From NCBI GenBank assembly GCA_051877975.1, contig JBJEJK010000057.1: a DNA stretch of 64,000 nt; one strand, written 5' to 3'. Each line of letters begins with the position of its first letter. Position 1 is the first letter of the stretch. Below are positions 59,213 to 64,000 of the stretch, one piece after another. A program made the translations under genes and the position numbers. Under the pieces are notes generated by a model. It did not search any database and was not told the origin of the DNA. It saw nothing but the letters and a program-made list of their open reading frames with translations. Source of the DNA: Anaerotignum sp. GTDB taxonomy: Bacteria; Bacillota; Clostridia; Lachnospirales; Anaerotignaceae.

Positions 59213-59617
59213 ATGGCAACAGTATTTGAAATGGCAAGAGCATTGGGCGAAGAACTGCAGAAAACTCCTCAGGTAGAAGCACTGCTGGCTGCAAAGGAAG
59301 CGTATGAAAAAGACCCTGAAATCGCAAAGCTGGTAGAAGAATATACAAAACTGCACTACGATTTCGAAGCAAAAATGCAGGCTGGCGGCATCCCTGTAGA
59401 AGAACAGAGAGCCTTCAACGAACAGATGAAAGAAAAAGGGGAAGCAATCAGAACAAATAAACTGGCTTCCGATTTGTATGTTGCAGAACAGAATTTTAAC
59501 AATTTTATGAATTCCGTATTCAGCATCATCACAGCAACTCTGACAGGGGAAGAACCTGAAGCTGCCGGCGGCTGTGACCCCAGCTGCTGCTCTTCCTGCG
59601 GCGGCGGCTGCCACTAA
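59213..59617 (+). CDS. YlbF/YmcA (Ric) family protein with Cys-rich tail
   Basis: Helical 134 aa protein between miaB and mutS (the ymcA position); C-terminus GCDPSCCSSCGGGCH. Confidence 0.8.
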   Translation: MATVFEMARALGEELQKTPQVEALLAAKEAYEKDPEIAKLVEEYTKLHYDFEAKMQAGGIPVEEQRAFNEQMKEKGEAIRTNKLASDLYVAEQNFNNFMNSVFSIITATLTGEEPEAAGGCDPSCCSSCGGGCH

Positions 59618-59766
59618 GCCCATAAGTTGCGGAGCAAAACGGTGAATCGCAGGAAGCACTATGAATAGGCTTTCTATTATATTGTAATTTTACCCGAATG
59701 GGGGAAAGTGCGTGGATTTTCCTCTGTTCGGGTTTGCTTGTAAAAGGAGAAGGGGGAGGTTTATCC

Positions 59767-62388
59767 ATGGCGAAGATCACGCCCATGATGCAGCAATACT
59801 TTGAAATCAAGGAAAACTATAAGCATTGTCTGCTTTTTTTTCGTTTAGGGGATTTTTACGAAATGTTTTTTGAGGATGCGGTCATTGCATCCAAAGAACT
59901 AGAGATCACCCTGACGGGAAAAGACTGGGGCCAGGAAGAAAGAGCGCCTATGTGCGGTGTGCCTTTCCATTCTGCAGATGGGTATATTGCCCGTCTGATT
60001 GAAAAAGGCTATAAGGTGGCAATCTGCGAACAGGTTGAGGATCCTAAAACAGCGAAAGGCTTGGTCAAGCGGGATGTTGTTCGGGTCATCACCCCCGGTA
60101 CGGTGGTGGACAACACGGTTCTGGATGAAACGAAAAATAATTATATCCTCTCCGTTTACAGCAGCAGCAATGGATATGGCATTGCGGTCTGCGATGTGAC
60201 TACCGGCGAATTTCAAACAACGGAATTTGGCAGCGTACAGGCAGCAGCCAAAATTTTGGATGAAACTGCACGATTCTCTCCTGCGGAGCTGATTTGCAAC
60301 GGGGAATTTCTGGACAGCCCTTTGGCGAAGGAAATCGAGCAAAGATTTCGGTTGTATCTGAATGATATTGACAGCCGTATGTATGAATATAATACGGCAA
60401 AGGATGCCTTGCAGAAACATTTTAAGGTAAAGACGCTGGAAGGCTTTGGGCTGAAAAAGAAATTTCTGGCTGTTTCCGCTTCCGGTGCATTGATGTGGTA
60501 TCTGAATGAAACGCAGAAAAACGACTTAAGCCATATTTCCACTCTGAAATATTACACAACAGGAGATTTTATGCTGCTGGATGTTTCCAGCCGCAGAAAT
60601 TTGGAACTGACGGAGACCATGCGGGAAAAGAGCAAAAAAGGCTCTCTTTTGAGCGTTTTGGATAAGACCCAGACGGCCATGGGCGCAAGGCTTTTGCGCA
60701 AATGGGTGGAACAGCCTCTCCTTTCCAAAGATGAGATCAATCAGCGTTTGGATGGAGTGGAAGAACTTTATGATGATTTGTTCCTGCGGGAGGAAATCAA
60801 GGATATCCTTCGTTCCATGTATGATTTTGAACGTATCATGTCCCGGGTGGTCTATCAGAATGCCAATGCCAGAGATTTGGCGGCGCTGAAAAATTCCATT
60901 GAAAACCTGCCTTTGCTGAAAGATATTCTTTCCAGATGCGAAAGCCCTTATCTGGCGGAGCTCCATGAACAGCTGGATCCTCTGGAAAATATTCATACAC
61001 TGATTTCTCAGGCGATTGTGGAAGATCCTCCCTTTTCTGTCCGGGAAGGCGGCATGATCCGGGAAGGGTTTAATGAAGAATTGGATACTTATGTGAAAGC
61101 AAAGGAAAACGGTACCACATGGATCAAGGAACTGGAAGAGGAAGAAAGAGAAAAAACAGGCATTAAAAACCTGAAAGTACGCTATAATAAAGTTTTTGGC
61201 TATTATATCGAAATCACCAAGTCCAACCTGGAAATGGTGCCGGAAACCTATATCCGCAAGCAGACCCTTGCCAATGCGGAACGCTTTATCACCCCGGAAT
61301 TGAAGGAATTGGAAGAATTGATTTTAGGGGCAGAAGATAAAATCACCACATTGGAATATGATATGTTCTGCGAAATTCGCAACGCTGTTGCGGCAGAGGT
61401 GGAACGCATCCAGTATTGCGCCCACATTGTTTCTGTTATCGACTGCCTGCAGTCTCTGGGGGAAGTTGCCCAGAGCATGAATTATACGAAACCTGTGGTG
61501 GATGATGGTGATATCATCGAAATCAAAGACGGCAGGCACCCTGTGGTAGAAAAAATGATGGAGGGGCAGTTTATCCCCAATGACACCTATCTGGATCAGG
61601 AGGATACCCGCCTGGCTATCATCACAGGCCCCAATATGGCGGGGAAATCTACATATATGCGGCAGACGGCTCTGATTGTGCTGATGGCGCAGATCGGCAG
61701 CTTTGTTCCTGCGGAGGAAGCCCATATCGGCATCGTGGACCGCATTTTTACCCGCGTAGGTGCCTCCGATGACCTGAGCGCAGGGCAGAGTACCTTCATG
61801 GTGGAAATGACGGAGGTGGCGAATATCCTGAATAATGCCACCAGTAAGAGCCTGCTGATTTTGGATGAGATTGGCCGCGGTACCAGCACTTTCGATGGGC
61901 TCTCCATTGCCTGGGCGGTTTTGGAATATATTGCTGATACGAAACAGATCGGCGCAAAGACTCTTTTCGCTACCCATTACCACGAACTGAGCGAGCTGGA
62001 AGGAAAGCTTTCCGGCGTGAAGAATTACTGCATCGCTGTACAGGAGCAGGGGGAGGATATCATTTTCCTGCGGAAGATCCAGCGGGGCGGTGCGGATCAT
62101 AGCTATGGGGTGCAGGTAGCCCGTCTGGCAGGTCTGCCCAATAAAGTTATCCGTCGCAGCGGGCAGATTTTGAAACAATTGAACGCGGCGGATATTACGA
62201 AAAAAGCAAAAAAAATCGCTGTGGAATCCAAAGAACAGATGGAAGAAACAGCGAAGCAGATAGATATGTTCAATATGGCAGAAACCCAGCTGGCAGATGA
62301 GATCAGCAAGCTGGATATCATGGCCATGACCCCTATCGAAGCCCTGCAGACCCTTTTTGAGCTGCAGAAAAAGGCAAAGGGGATGTAA
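59767..62388 (+). CDS. mutS: DNA mismatch repair protein MutS
   Basis: TPMMQQY, RLGDFYEMF, TGPNMAGKSTYMRQ, DEIGRGTST, FATHYHEL, QIDMF clamp-binding motif. Confidence 0.97.
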   Translation: MAKITPMMQQYFEIKENYKHCLLFFRLGDFYEMFFEDAVIASKELEITLTGKDWGQEERAPMCGVPFHSADGYIARLIEKGYKVAICEQVEDPKTAKGLVKRDVVRVITPGTVVDNTVLDETKNNYILSVYSSSNGYGIAVCDVTTGEFQTTEFGSVQAAAKILDETARFSPAELICNGEFLDSPLAKEIEQRFRLYLNDIDSRMYEYNTAKDALQKHFKVKTLEGFGLKKKFLAVSASGALMWYLNETQKNDLSHISTLKYYTTGDFMLLDVSSRRNLELTETMREKSKKGSLLSVLDKTQTAMGARLLRKWVEQPLLSKDEINQRLDGVEELYDDLFLREEIKDILRSMYDFERIMSRVVYQNANARDLAALKNSIENLPLLKDILSRCESPYLAELHEQLDPLENIHTLISQAIVEDPPFSVREGGMIREGFNEELDTYVKAKENGTTWIKELEEEEREKTGIKNLKVRYNKVFGYYIEITKSNLEMVPETYIRKQTLANAERFITPELKELEELILGAEDKITTLEYDMFCEIRNAVAAEVERIQYCAHIVSVIDCLQSLGEVAQSMNYTKPVVDDGDIIEIKDGRHPVVEKMMEGQFIPNDTYLDQEDTRLAIITGPNMAGKSTYMRQTALIVLMAQIGSFVPAEEAHIGIVDRIFTRVGASDDLSAGQSTFMVEMTEVANILNNATSKSLLILDEIGRGTSTFDGLSIAWAVLEYIADTKQIGAKTLFATHYHELSELEGKLSGVKNYCIAVQEQGEDIIFLRKIQRGGADHSYGVQVARLAGLPNKVIRRSGQILKQLNAADITKKAKKIAVESKEQMEETAKQIDMFNMAETQLADEISKLDIMAMTPIEALQTLFELQKKAKGM

Positions 62389-62410
62389 GCTTTGAGGAAG
62401 GAGGAGACGC

Positions 62411-64000
62411 ATGCAGAAAATCCGACTGCTGGACTCCAAAACCATCAATAAAATAGCGGCAGGGGAAGTGGTAGAATCCCCAAAATCCGTAGTAAAAGAA
62501 CTGACAGAAAACGCCATTGATGCCGGTGCCAGCAGTGTGACGGTGGAAATCAAAGAAGGCGGTATTTCTTATATCCGCGTGGCGGATAATGGCTGCGGTA
62601 TCCCTAAGGAGCAAGTAAAATCTGCTTTTCTGCGCCATGCTACCAGTAAAATGAGCCAGATCGAGGATTTGGAGCATATTTTTACTTTGGGGTTCCGTGG
62701 GGAGGCGCTTGCCAGTATCGCCGCTGTGGCACAGGTGGAAATGCTGACGAAAACCAAGGAGGAAGAAACAGGCACCCGCATCTGCATCAATGCAGGGGAG
62801 ATTGAGAGGATGGAAGATGCTGCCTGTCGGGAAGGTACTTCCATTACGGTCAAAAACCTTTTCTATAATGTGCCTGCCCGCAGAAAATTCCTGAAAAAGC
62901 CTGCTACCGAAAGCGGCTATGTATCCGATTTGGTAAACAAGATTGCCTTGGGGCATCCAGAAGTGGCGATACATTATATCAATAATGGCACAACGGTGCT
63001 GCATACAGCAGGAAATAACGACCCCAAAACGGCGGTGTTTTATGTTTATGGCAAGGATGCGGCAAACAATATGCTGCCCATTGTCTATAAAAAGGGAGAA
63101 TATGCCGTCAGCGGCTTGATTGGCAAGCCGGAGCTTTGCAGAGCCAACCGCAACTATGAAAACCTTTTCATCAACGGCAGATTTATTAAAAATCAGGTGG
63201 TTTCTTCTGCAGTGGAGGATGCTTATAAAACAAAGCTTCTTATCGGCAAATTTCCTGTATTCGTGCTGAATCTGGAGGTGGAGCCTGCCTTGGTGGATGT
63301 GAATGTGCATCCCGCCAAGCTGGAAGTCCGCTTTAAAAACGATGATGAAGTATACGAATTTTTCTATACAGCAGTTTCCAAGGTGCTGCAGGAAACAGTG
63401 CTGATTCCCAAGGCAGTTTTGGAAAAAAAGCCAAAGGAAAAACAGCCGGAGCTGGAACAGCAGACCTTGGCAGAGAATGCAAGGCAAGCGGAGCTGGCGG
63501 AAGAACCGCTCAGAGCCCCGGAAAGCACTGAAACGAAGCCAGTACAGGAAAAACCGAAATTTGAAAACAGAAGCCAATTGAAAACAGAAAAATTTGTGGA
63601 GCCTGCAAGGGCTTCTATGCCGGATAGAACTTCTTTGGGCGGCGGCAGAAGTGTAGATGAATTACTGAAGCGAAAACCTGCCCCCAGCAGCGCTGCCCAG
63701 AAAGCAGAGCCTTATTTGGAAAAGGAACCTGTGCAGGAAAAAGAAGCGGAATTGATAAAGGCGGAACCTGTAAAAGAACAGGAAACACCAAAACAGGAAG
63801 AAAACAAAGAAGAAAAGAAGCCCTTTTTCCAGAATTATAAAATCATTGGACAGGTGTTCCGCACCTATTGGGTCGTAGAGCAGGGGGATTGTCTCTATCT
63901 GATCGACCAGCATGCGGCTCATGAACGGATTCTTTATGAAGAGTTGATGAACCGCTTTAAAGAAGAGCAGGTGGTTTCCCAGCGGATGCTGACCCCTCTG
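62411..64000 (+). CDS. mutL: DNA mismatch repair endonuclease MutL (runs off window end)
   Basis: Not in the ORF track. ATG at 62411: MQKIRLLD...IAAGEVVE.P.SVVKEL.ENAIDAG, RHATSK, GFRGEALASI, DVNVHP.K, DQHAAHERILYE near 63905. Confidence 0.95.
   Translation, partial: MQKIRLLDSKTINKIAAGEVVESPKSVVKELTENAIDAGASSVTVEIKEGGISYIRVADNGCGIPKEQVKSAFLRHATSKMSQIEDLEHIFTLGFRGEALASIAAVAQVEMLTKTKEEETGTRICINAGEIERMEDAACREGTSITVKNLFYNVPARRKFLKKPATESGYVSDLVNKIALGHPEVAIHYINNGTTVLHTAGNNDPKTAVFYVYGKDAANNMLPIVYKKGEYAVSGLIGKPELCRANRNYENLFINGRFIKNQVVSSAVEDAYKTKLLIGKFPVFVLNLEVEPALVDVNVHPAKLEVRFKNDDEVYEFFYTAVSKVLQETVLIPKAVLEKKPKEKQPELEQQTLAENARQAELAEEPLRAPESTETKPVQEKPKFENRSQLKTEKFVEPARASMPDRTSLGGGRSVDELLKRKPAPSSAAQKAEPYLEKEPVQEKEAELIKAEPVKEQETPKQEENKEEKKPFFQNYKIIGQVFRTYWVVEQGDCLYLIDQHAAHERILYEELMNRFKEEQVVSQRMLTPL

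Noticed and set aside
63420-63830. Low-complexity E/K/P-rich stretch
   Set aside because: This is the ordinary disordered linker between the MutL ATPase and endonuclease domains.

Overview
A gene-dense chromosomal window from a spore-forming clostridial (Bacillota) anaerobe. Gene content resembles amino-acid-fermenting Lachnospirales such as Anaerotignum, but this is an inference. Core genes: rarA, T-box-controlled pheS-pheT and thrS, topB, spoVB, a second EF-G, CIRCE-controlled groESL, trpS, infC-rpmI-rplT (L20 leader, ATT start) and miaB-ylbF-mutS-mutL. No rRNA, tRNA, CRISPR array, prophage or transposase was seen. Six things deserve a second look: (1) an XRE-cupin / YkvI-like transporter / class-III PLP enzyme module whose motifs point to an amino-acid racemase or epimerase rather than a transaminase; (2) an unannotated ~85-nt minus-strand sRNA candidate with 11-bp-phased direct repeats in place of a -35 box, a 5' hairpin, an anti-Shine-Dalgarno tract and a terminator; (3) a 10-gene Mrp/Mbh-type operon with four antiporter-like subunits and no redox module; (4) a tandem glycine-class riboswitch with altered core nucleotides upstream of an APC permease; (5) REPIN-like composite hairpin elements carrying a nested GNA-triloop insert; (6) a double-DUF1538 membrane protein paired with a tandem PII-like protein. 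All calls come from reading the sequence and recalling motifs; no searches were run.
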